64,000 nt of DNA from a bacterium (GTDB taxonomy: Bacteria > Patescibacteriota > Patescibacteriia > Patescibacteriales > UBA12465): positions 370,643-434,642 of the forward strand of contig DAOMZR010000001.1 of the NCBI GenBank assembly GCA_035400585.1. Reading direction: 5' to 3'. This document shows, in pieces, positions 40,495 through 48,147 of the stretch. A program made the position numbers and the translations under genes. The notes below the pieces were generated by a model that was not told where the DNA came from, searched no databases, and saw nothing but the letters and a program-made list of their open reading frames with translations. Numbering within the stretch: position 1 is the stretch's first letter; each line of letters opens with the position of its first letter.

Positions 40495-43299
40495 ATGGCC
40501 GAAAAACTAATAATAATAGATGGCAATGCCTTGGTTCATCGTAGCTTCCACGCCCTACCAACTACGCTAAAAACCAAAGACGGAACGATTACTAATGCCG
40601 CCTATGGCTTTGCTTCTTTTTTAATTAAAGCTTTATCGGAAATAAAACCAAAATATGCCATTTTAACCATGGACAAAAAAGCTCCCACCTTTAGACATAA
40701 AATGTACCAAGAATATAAAGCCACCAGAGTAAAAGCTCCTCAAGAATTATATGACCAAATTCCAATGGCTAAAGAAATTGCTCAAGCTTTTAACATTCCT
40801 CTCTTTGAACTGGAAGGATTTGAAGCTGATGATTTAATAGGAACTATTAGCCAAAAAATAAATCAAGAGGAACCTAAAATAGAAATAATTATTATTACTG
40901 GCGACATGGACACTCTTCAATTAGTAAATAAAAAAACTAAAGTTTATTCAATGAGCAGGGGTTTATCGGAGTCAGTCTTGTATGATGAAAAAAAAATATT
41001 GGAAAAATATAATTTAGAACCAAAACAAATAATAGATTTTAAAGCCCTAAAAGGAGATCCCAGTGACAATATCCCTGGAGTTTCTGGTATTGGCGAAAAA
41101 ACAGCTAAAGAATTATTAATGGAATTTAAAGATTTAAATTCCATTTATAAAAATATCAATAGCCCAAAAATAAAAGAGAAAACTAAAGAACTTTTAATAA
41201 AAAACAAAGAAATGGCTTATCTCAGTTATCAGTTAGCTACTATTGAAAAAAACGCCCCTCTAAAAATAAATTTAGAAGAAACAAAAATACATAATTTAGA
41301 TAAAAATAAAATAAACAAAATTTTTAGCCAACTAGAATTTAAATCTCTTTTAAGTAGAATCTTGAATTTAGATTTTGTTAAATCAACTCAACAAAGCGAA
41401 GATAAATTTTCTCGAAACAAAAAAGAATTTAAATATGAATTAGTTGATACTGAAGAAAAATTTCAAAAATTTATCAAAAAGATAAAAGCAGTTAAAGAAT
41501 TCTCCTTGGATACGGAAACTGATTCTATTGATCCTCTGCAAGCCAATCTATTGGGATTAAGTTTTTGTTTTCAAGAAAATGAAGCTTTCTTTTTAAACAT
41601 CAGAACAGAACAAAAAAATAATTCTAAGAAAAACGAATCAACTCCCAGCTTATTTGCTGAAGAAAAAAAACTGAAAATAAATCAAGCAGAGTCTTGGTTG
41701 GAAGAATTGAAGACAATAATAGAAGACGAAAAAACAAAAAAAATTGGTCATAATATAAAATATGATTTACAAGTTCTTCTAAACTACGGAATAGAAATTA
41801 AGGGAGAATTATTTGACACAATGATTGCCTCTTATTTATTAAATCCAGAAAATAGACAACACAACTTAGATGCTTTAACATTTTCCGAGTTTAATTGGGA
41901 AAAAATAAGTTCCGAAGAATTGATTGGTCGCGGAAAAGAAAAAATTAAATTTGAAGAAGTTGAGATAGAAAAACTATCACTATACTCTTGTGAAGACGCT
42001 GATTTCACTTTCAAATTAAAAAATAAATTAAGCAAAAAGCTAAAAGCGAAAAAATTGGAAAAATTATTTTGCGAAATTGAAATGCCCTTGGTTAAAATAC
42101 TGGCTGAAATGGAAAGAAATGGAATTATTCTCGATGACTCTTTTTTAAAAAAATTAGGTGGAGAAATAAAACTAGAAATTGAAAAAACAGAAAAATTAAT
42201 TTGGCAAGAAGCTAAAACCAATTTCAATATAAACTCCCCCAAACAATTGAAAGAAATTTTATATAATAAGATGGGACTAGAATCAAAAGGAATTAAAAAA
42301 ACCAAAACTGGATTTTCAACGGCCGCCGAAGAATTAGAAAAATTAAAAGATTTGAGTCCAATTATACCTCTTATCCAAAATTATCGAGAATTAAGCAAGC
42401 TAGATTCAACCTATATAGACTCTTTGCCAAAATTAAAAAACAAAAAAACCAATCGAATACATACTAGTTTTAATCAAACCATTACAGCCACTGGTAGATT
42501 ATCTTCATCTGACCCCAATCTACAAAATATTCCTGTTAGAACCGAACTTGGACAAAAAATAAGACAATCCTTTGTAGCTGATAAAAACAAAAAATTATTA
42601 AGTGTTGATTATTCTCAAATAGAATTAAGAATAATGGCCCATCTATCTAAAGATAAAAAACTACTAGAGGCCTTCAAGGAAAATAAAGACATACATAGTT
42701 TTACCGCCGCCTCCATCAATAAAATACCCCTAGAAAAAGTTGACGAAAAATTAAGATACCAGGCTAAAGCCACAAACTTTGGTATAATGTATGGCCAAGG
42801 ACCGCACGGACTAAGTCAAACCGCCGGCATAAATTATCAAGAGGCTAAAAGATTTATTGACGGATATTTTGAACTTTATTCTGGCGTAAAGAAATATATA
42901 CAAAAAGAAATAAAAGAAGCTGAAAAAACTGAAATAGTTAAAACAATGTTTGACAGAATTAGACCCATACCAGAAATAAACTCCTCGGAAATAATGAAAA
43001 AAAAGGCAGCTGAAAGAATGGTTATAAACACACCAATCCAAGGTAGCGCAGCTGATATATTAAAATTAGCTATGATTAAAATTTATTCGGAAATAAAAAA
43101 CGAAAATGATATTAAAATTTTACTTCAAGTTCATGATGAATTAATATTTGAAATAGAAGAAAATAAAATTGATTATTATTACCAAAAAATCAAAAATATA
43201 ATGGAAAACATAGTAAAATTAGAAATTCCCCTAATTGCTGAAGGAAAAATTGGAAAAAATTGGGGAGAAATGAACAAAATAAAAAAGGCCTCTATTTAA
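40495..43299 (+). CDS. polA: DNA polymerase I (5'-nuclease, 3'-5' exonuclease-like and polymerase domains)
   Basis: This is a 934-aa product. It begins LIIIDGNALVHRSFHALP. The polymerase motifs DYSQIELR, QAKATNFGIMYG and QVHDEL are present. Confidence 0.95.
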   Translation: MAEKLIIIDGNALVHRSFHALPTTLKTKDGTITNAAYGFASFLIKALSEIKPKYAILTMDKKAPTFRHKMYQEYKATRVKAPQELYDQIPMAKEIAQAFNIPLFELEGFEADDLIGTISQKINQEEPKIEIIIITGDMDTLQLVNKKTKVYSMSRGLSESVLYDEKKILEKYNLEPKQIIDFKALKGDPSDNIPGVSGIGEKTAKELLMEFKDLNSIYKNINSPKIKEKTKELLIKNKEMAYLSYQLATIEKNAPLKINLEETKIHNLDKNKINKIFSQLEFKSLLSRILNLDFVKSTQQSEDKFSRNKKEFKYELVDTEEKFQKFIKKIKAVKEFSLDTETDSIDPLQANLLGLSFCFQENEAFFLNIRTEQKNNSKKNESTPSLFAEEKKLKINQAESWLEELKTIIEDEKTKKIGHNIKYDLQVLLNYGIEIKGELFDTMIASYLLNPENRQHNLDALTFSEFNWEKISSEELIGRGKEKIKFEEVEIEKLSLYSCEDADFTFKLKNKLSKKLKAKKLEKLFCEIEMPLVKILAEMERNGIILDDSFLKKLGGEIKLEIEKTEKLIWQEAKTNFNINSPKQLKEILYNKMGLESKGIKKTKTGFSTAAEELEKLKDLSPIIPLIQNYRELSKLDSTYIDSLPKLKNKKTNRIHTSFNQTITATGRLSSSDPNLQNIPVRTELGQKIRQSFVADKNKKLLSVDYSQIELRIMAHLSKDKKLLEAFKENKDIHSFTAASINKIPLEKVDEKLRYQAKATNFGIMYGQGPHGLSQTAGINYQEAKRFIDGYFELYSGVKKYIQKEIKEAEKTEIVKTMFDRIRPIPEINSSEIMKKKAAERMVINTPIQGSAADILKLAMIKIYSEIKNENDIKILLQVHDELIFEIEENKIDYYYQKIKNIMENIVKLEIPLIAEGKIGKNWGEMNKIKKASI

Positions 43300-43318
43300 G
43301 AAATAGAAGCCAACGAAA

Positions 43319-43894
43319 TTAGCAAATTACTATTTTTGTTTCTATCTTCCAAATATTTTTTAGAAAACGAATAATCAAAATAACACCAAAATAAATTAGG
43401 AAGAATAAAAAAAAGATTGCCAGGGAATATATTGAACCGCAAAGAAATATGAGTGAGCAGACAAAGAGAACGGCTACAATTAAAAATCCATTTAAAATAT
43501 TGCTTAAAGCCTCATATCTATCGGTTAATATATCCAAAAGAAGACCAGAAAAAATTAGCATCAGCCAAAAAGCCTGGTCCCACCAACGAGATATTGAATA
43601 TTCCAAAAAAGAAAACTGCAGAAAATTTGGCAAATCCTCGTTACTCATAACCGGCACATAGCCCAATTTAGAAAGATACCAAAACCAAAAAAATAACGGC
43701 CAAAAAAGAACAAAAAAAGCACAGAAAAACTTAAAAAATTTAACTAAAAATCTACCAACCAAGTTTTTAAGTGACACAATTTTCTTTTCCAGATTAAGCA
43801 AAAAAACAAAAAACCTTCCGTTCCTCTTTTTGCTAATTTTACCCAGAATAAACAAAAGCAAAGGAACAACGATTATTGTCAGAATAGTTACCAT
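43319..43894 (-). CDS. polytopic membrane protein, unknown function
   Basis: This is a 191-aa, strongly hydrophobic product with an ATG start. Confidence 0.6.
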   Translation of the reverse strand: MVTILTIIVVPLLLFILGKISKKRNGRFFVFLLNLEKKIVSLKNLVGRFLVKFFKFFCAFFVLFWPLFFWFWYLSKLGYVPVMSNEDLPNFLQFSFLEYSISRWWDQAFWLMLIFSGLLLDILTDRYEALSNILNGFLIVAVLFVCSLIFLCGSIYSLAIFFLFFLIYFGVILIIRFLKNIWKIETKIVIC

Positions 43895-44000
43895 AGCTGA
43901 ATCCTCCTAGCTTTAATATTAATATTCTTATTTTTTTTCCATTTTCAAATAACTGATTTTACTATATACTAATAACAGAAAAAATCAATGGCAAACTAAT

Positions 44001-45323
44001 ATGCAAGAAACAATAAACACAAAAAAAGAAAAAATAGCCCTACTTGGTTTGGGTCTAGAAAACCAATCATTATTAAAATTTTTAGTTAAAAAATATCCCC
44101 AAACAGACATAACTATTTGTGATTTAAGAACAGAAAAACAGATTAAAGAAATATTAAAAAAAATTAAAATAAACAAAAAATTAAAATTTCAAACAGAAAA
44201 GAATTTTAACATTGAACTTGATAAATACTCTCTTCTTTTCAGGTCCCCTGGTTGGCCAATTTCTTGTCCCGGAATTCAATCTGCCTTAGAAAAAGGTAGT
44301 AAATTTTCTAGTCCCATGAACTTTTTCTTTTCTATCTGCCCCACCAAAAATATAATTGGAGTTTCTGGTAGCAAAGGAAAAGGAACAACATCTTCTTTGA
44401 TTTTTGAAATAATAAAAAATAATAAGCAAAAATGTTTCTTAGGTGGCAACATTGGAATTGCGCCCTTGGAATTTGTAGATGAGATCAAAAAAAATGACTT
44501 TGTAGTTTTAGAACTTTCCAGTTTTCAATTAGAAGACCTAAATTATAGCCCAAAAATTTCAGTAATAACTAATATCTTCAAAGAACACCTCTCCCCCGCC
44601 GATCCTTTTAACCCCAATTTCCATCGTAATTTTAAATTTTATATTGACGCTAAAATGAATATAGCTGCTAGTCAAACAAAAAATGATTTTTTTATAATCA
44701 ACAAAAAGATAGAAAAATTTGTTAAAAAATATAACATCAAAAGCAAAATAATCACTTTTAACAAATCCAGAACAAAAAGTTCATTGGTTGGTGATTTTAA
44801 TCAAGAAAATATTGCTGCCGCCGAAACAGTTGCCAAAATATTAAAAATAAAAAAAACCATTATTCAAAATACCATACAAAAATTTACCAACCTAGAGCAC
44901 AGACTACAATTTGTCAGAAATATACAAGGAGTTAATTATTACGATAACAGCTTTTCAACTACCCCTGAAAGTACAATTGCTGATTTAAAATCATTTAAAA
45001 AAAATATAATACTTTTGGCTGGCGGGTCTGACAAAGGAGCTAATTTTAAAAAATTAGCTGAAGAAATCAAAAAAAGAGTCAAACTAATAACATTTTTCCC
45101 TGGTCTGGGATCAGACAGAATAATAAAAGAATTAAACTCCATAAAATTTCCTAAAAACAAAATAAAATTGGTTCAAAGCATGAGAGAGGCTGTAATTACA
45201 GCCCAGAAAAACTCTACTAAAAACGATACCGTTCTTCTTTCAACGGCTTGTGCTAGTTTTGGTATTTTCAAAAACTATAAAGAGCGCGGGGATCTTTTTC
45301 AGGATGAAGTTAAAAAAATATGA
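44001..45323 (+). CDS. murD: UDP-N-acetylmuramoylalanine--D-glutamate ligase
   Basis: The Mur ligase P-loop GVSGSKGKGTTSS is present. The length and layout match MurD. Confidence 0.85.
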   Translation: MQETINTKKEKIALLGLGLENQSLLKFLVKKYPQTDITICDLRTEKQIKEILKKIKINKKLKFQTEKNFNIELDKYSLLFRSPGWPISCPGIQSALEKGSKFSSPMNFFFSICPTKNIIGVSGSKGKGTTSSLIFEIIKNNKQKCFLGGNIGIAPLEFVDEIKKNDFVVLELSSFQLEDLNYSPKISVITNIFKEHLSPADPFNPNFHRNFKFYIDAKMNIAASQTKNDFFIINKKIEKFVKKYNIKSKIITFNKSRTKSSLVGDFNQENIAAAETVAKILKIKKTIIQNTIQKFTNLEHRLQFVRNIQGVNYYDNSFSTTPESTIADLKSFKKNIILLAGGSDKGANFKKLAEEIKKRVKLITFFPGLGSDRIIKELNSIKFPKNKIKLVQSMREAVITAQKNSTKNDTVLLSTACASFGIFKNYKERGDLFQDEVKKI

Positions 45324-46339
45324 TTATTCTTTTATACGGAGAAAACGATTTTAAAATCCATCAAAAGGCCAAAGAATTGAAGGATAAATTTATCAGAGAA
45401 ATAGATCCTAGTGGTCAAAATATTTGGAAAATTGATGGCGATAAAATGAAAATTGAAGATTTAAGCAATCAGCTTGGATCTTCTTCTCTTTTTGTTAACA
45501 AAAAAATGGTTATAATTTCTGATTTAATAAAAAACAAACAAAAAGATTTTTTAAAAAAATTTTTAGAATACATTAAAAAAAACAAATTAAGTGAATCGCC
45601 GGATATTTTTATATTTGTTGAAAAAAATATTAAAAACAAAAAAAACAAAGGTTTAGTAAAAACAAATAACGACAAAGATACACCATTAAATATGTCCGAA
45701 AAAGCTTTTTTTGAATTCTTGATTAAAGAAAAATATTCTCAAGAATTAAATAAATTTACCAACTCAGAATTAATAAGCTTTATTCAAAAAGAATTAGACA
45801 AATCTTCTTTAAAAATAGACAATCGTCTTGCTCAAACCATTATCAACTTAACGGCTGGTGATCCTTGGATTATTAAGAATGAAATCAAAAAATTAATTCA
45901 TCTTAAATTGTCAGAAAAAGTTAACAAAAATATTAACCTAAAAGACATCGAAGATAACGTTTTCGAAAAAATACAAGAAGATATTTTTGCCTTCATTGAC
46001 GCTATTAGTTCTAAAAATATAAAGCAATCTCTTGAAATATTAGAAAAACAATATCTAGCCGACCTAGAGCCAGACTATATAATGAACATGCTTGTCAGAC
46101 AATTTAAAATACTACTTCAAATAAAAGAGGCCCTGGAATTAAACCTTAGCGCTCAAAAAATGGCTTCTTATTTAAAACTTCATCCCTTTATAATAAGCAA
46201 AGGTATCAATCAGGCAAAAAATTTTGACAAAATTTTTTTAAAAAAAACTATTAACAATCTACTTGATTTAGATAAAAAAAACCGAAGTGGTTTTTGTGAT
46301 TTAAAATCACATATCAACTTATTAATAAATAAAATGTGA
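45320..46339 (+). CDS. holA: DNA polymerase III delta subunit
   Basis: This is a 339-aa product beginning MIILLYGENDFKI. The layout is HolA-like. It overlaps murD by 4 nt (ATGA). Confidence 0.75.
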   Translation: MIILLYGENDFKIHQKAKELKDKFIREIDPSGQNIWKIDGDKMKIEDLSNQLGSSSLFVNKKMVIISDLIKNKQKDFLKKFLEYIKKNKLSESPDIFIFVEKNIKNKKNKGLVKTNNDKDTPLNMSEKAFFEFLIKEKYSQELNKFTNSELISFIQKELDKSSLKIDNRLAQTIINLTAGDPWIIKNEIKKLIHLKLSEKVNKNINLKDIEDNVFEKIQEDIFAFIDAISSKNIKQSLEILEKQYLADLEPDYIMNMLVRQFKILLQIKEALELNLSAQKMASYLKLHPFIISKGINQAKNFDKIFLKKTINNLLDLDKKNRSGFCDLKSHINLLINKM

Positions 46340-46420
46340 GGTCTTGCCTTTTATTTTTTTATTTGTTATATTCATAACAAATGGACTTTTGTCTATTATT
46401 GTTTTTGTTGAATTTATTCC

Positions 46421-46494
46421 GGGCAATTAGCTCAGCTGGCTAGAGCGCAACACTGATAATGTTGAGGTCGGAGGTTCAAGTCCTCCATTGCCCA
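46421..46494 (+). tRNA. tRNA-Ile (anticodon GAT)
   Basis: A manual cloverleaf folds as follows: acceptor GGGCAAT/ATTGCCC, anticodon arm CAACA-CTGATAA-TGTTG, and T arm GGAGG-TTCAAGT-CCTCC. Confidence 0.9.
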
Positions 46495-46510
46495 CAGTAC
46501 AATATAATGA

Positions 46511-46583
46511 AGCGGGGTAGAGCAGTTGGCAGCTCGCCAGGCCCATAACCTGGAGGCCGTGGGTTCGAGTCCCACCCCCGCAA
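46511..46583 (+). tRNA. tRNA-Met (anticodon CAT), probably initiator
   Basis: The cloverleaf has U8, D stem GAGC/GCTC, anticodon arm CCAGG-CCCATAA-CCTGG, and T arm GTGGG-TTCGAGT-CCCAC. There is an A1xA72 mismatch and an A11:U24 pair, which are initiator hallmarks. Confidence 0.85.
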
Positions 46584-46588
46584 CATAA

Positions 46589-46660
46589 GCCTCGGTAGCT
46601 CAGTGGTAGAGCAAAGGACTGAAAATCCTTGTGTCGTCAGTTCAATTCTGACCCGGGGCA
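46589..46660 (+). tRNA. tRNA-Phe (anticodon GAA)
   Basis: The acceptor is GCCTCGG/CCGGGGC, the anticodon arm is AAGGA-CTGAAAA-TCCTT, and the T arm is GTCAG-TTCAATT-CTGAC. Confidence 0.9.
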
Positions 46661-46674
46661 CGTTAATAAACCCT

Positions 46675-46751
46675 CGGGGTGTGGCCCAGTTGGCTAGGGC
46701 GTCTGGTTTGGGACCAGAAGATCGTGGGTTCAAGTCCCACCACCCCGACCA
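46675..46751 (+). tRNA. tRNA-Pro (anticodon TGG), CCA encoded
   Basis: The acceptor is CGGGGTG/CACCCCG, the anticodon arm is TCTGG-TTTGGGA-CCAGA, and the T arm is GTGGG-TTCAAGT-CCCAC. ACCA follows the acceptor. Confidence 0.9.
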
Positions 46752-46783
46752 ACTAGAACAATAAATTAATTTAATTTAAAAAT

Positions 46784-47041
46784 ATGCCAAATAAAAAAAA
46801 TGCTAGGAAAGAATTAAGAAAAAGCACTAAAAGAAACAAACAAAACAATGAAGTCAAGGCAAAAACTAAAGACTTAATTAAAAAAACCAAAAAAGAAATT
46901 GAAGCTAAAAATGCTGAAGTTAAAAAAAATTTTAACCAAGTAGTAAAAGCAATTGATAAAATGGCCAAAAAGGGCTTGATTAAAAAAAATACAGCTGCTA
47001 GAAAAAAATCAAGATTACAGAAAAAAATTAACAAAATTTAA
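46784..47041 (+). CDS. rpsT: 30S ribosomal protein S20
   Basis: The sequence MPNKKNARKELRKSTKRNKQN...KKGLIKKNTAARKKSRL is typical of S20. Confidence 0.88.
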   Translation: MPNKKNARKELRKSTKRNKQNNEVKAKTKDLIKKTKKEIEAKNAEVKKNFNQVVKAIDKMAKKGLIKKNTAARKKSRLQKKINKI

Positions 47042-47060
47042 TAAATTTTCTTTTAATTAA

Positions 47061-47105
47061 CCTAATCTTGGTTCTTGGATGATTAAATCCATTTCTCGGA
47101 TTAGG
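47061..47105 (+). promoter_or_regulatory. nested hairpins in rpsO leader sequestering the SD region
   Basis: The outer stem is CCTAATC (47061-47067) / GATTAGG (47099-47105). The inner stem is TGGAT (47076-47080) / ATCCA (47087-47091). The AGGAA SD overlaps the outer stem. Confidence 0.45.
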
Positions 47106-47114
47106 AATAAACAA

Positions 47115-47477
47115 ATGTTAGAAAAAAAGGCAAAAGAAAAAATAATAAAAAAATTTCAAACTCACGCCAATGACACTGGTTCGTCCCAAGTTCAGATAGC
47201 AATTTTAACAGCTGAAATTGAAGAATTGACTGAGCATTTGAAAAAACACAAACACGACTTCTCTTCTCGCCGAGGCTTACTTAGAAAAGTTTCCGAAAGA
47301 AGAAGGTTGTTAAAATACTTACAAAAGGAAGATCAAAAAGCGTTTCAAGATTTAGCTACCAAATTAAAACTAAAAATAGCTAATAAAATGATTGAGGAAG
47401 AAAAAGAAAAAGAATTAAAGGAACAGGAGTTAGAGAAAATGATTAAGGGAGAAAATGACGAAGAAGAAGTTGACTAG
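47115..47477 (+). CDS. rpsO: 30S ribosomal protein S15 with acidic C-terminal extension
   Basis: The sequence THANDTGSSQVQIAILTAEIEELTEHLKKHKHDFSSRRGLLRKVSERRRLLKYL matches S15. I prefer the ATG at 47115 (MLEKK), which aligns with the S15 N-terminus and has an AGGAA SD. The track start at 47079 lies inside the leader hairpin. Confidence 0.88.
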   Translation: MLEKKAKEKIIKKFQTHANDTGSSQVQIAILTAEIEELTEHLKKHKHDFSSRRGLLRKVSERRRLLKYLQKEDQKAFQDLATKLKLKIANKMIEEEKEKELKEQELEKMIKGENDEEEVD

Positions 47478-47508
47478 TTTCACAATCTAATAATTTTCAA
47501 ACAAATTT

Positions 47509-48009
47509 ATGGTAAAGCACAAAGAACAACGAGTTGGTGTTTTGATAGATGTATCAAACATGTATCATTCAGCTAAAAATTTGTTTGGAAAAAAAGCAAA
47601 CTTCCAAGAAATACTTAAACAAGCAGTCGCCGGACGAAAACTTATTCGGGCGACTGCTTATGTTATAAAGACTGAAAAAGAAGAAGAGTTTCCTTTTTTC
47701 GAAGCTCTAAGTCAACAGGGGTTTGAAGTTAAAATGAAAGATCTTCAAATATTTGCTGGCGGAGCCAAAAAGGCTAACTGGGACATTGGAATAGCTATCG
47801 ATGCTATTAAATTAGCCAGCAAACTAGACGTGATTGTTTTAGTTTCTGGTGACGGTGATTTTTTGCCTTTAATGTCTTATTTACAAAACAATAAAGGCTG
47901 TTTAGTAGAAGTAATGGCCTTCGGCAAAACTACTTCTAGCAAGCTAGTAGAAGAATCTGATGACTTTATTGATCTAGGTAAAGATAAAAAGTTTTTAATA
48001 AGCAAATAG
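47509..48009 (+). CDS. NYN-domain (LabA/DUF88-like) protein
   Basis: The motifs VGVLIDVSNMY and VLVSGDGDFLPL are typical of NYN/LabA nucleases. Confidence 0.75.
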   Translation: MVKHKEQRVGVLIDVSNMYHSAKNLFGKKANFQEILKQAVAGRKLIRATAYVIKTEKEEEFPFFEALSQQGFEVKMKDLQIFAGGAKKANWDIGIAIDAIKLASKLDVIVLVSGDGDFLPLMSYLQNNKGCLVEVMAFGKTTSSKLVEESDDFIDLGKDKKFLISK

Positions 48010-48080
48010 GTATAACATAAAACAAGATTTTAAACTTTAAGCTTCAAATCTTTTGAAGCTTGAATTTTAAAATTATTTTT

Positions 48081-48136
48081 TTGACCATTAAATACAGAGG
48101 GCTGTATTAAATACAGTACTTAAATTTAATGGTCAA
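48081..48136 (+). promoter_or_regulatory. long hairpin in the pnp 5' leader
   Basis: TTGACCATTAAAT (48081-48093) pairs perfectly with ATTTAATGGTCAA (48124-48136), giving 13 bp. An inner hairpin ATACAG-AGGG-CTGTAT is present. The element ends 11 nt before the pnp ATG. Confidence 0.55.
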
Positions 48137-48147
48137 AATAAAAAATT

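Noticed and set aside
33893-42305. Long antisense ORFs inside ftsH (33893..34378 +) and polA (41832..42305 -). Similar 60-90 aa antisense frames lie inside argS, pilB, uvrA, infB, murD and holA.
   Set aside because: They are fully nested in strongly supported genes on the opposite strand. They have biased F/L/I/S/K composition and no promoter or SD context.
46476-47034. Track ORFs 46476..46733 (-) and 46771..47034 (-).
   Set aside because: The first overlaps four tRNA genes. The second is the antisense shadow of rpsT (lysine codons read as Phe/Leu).
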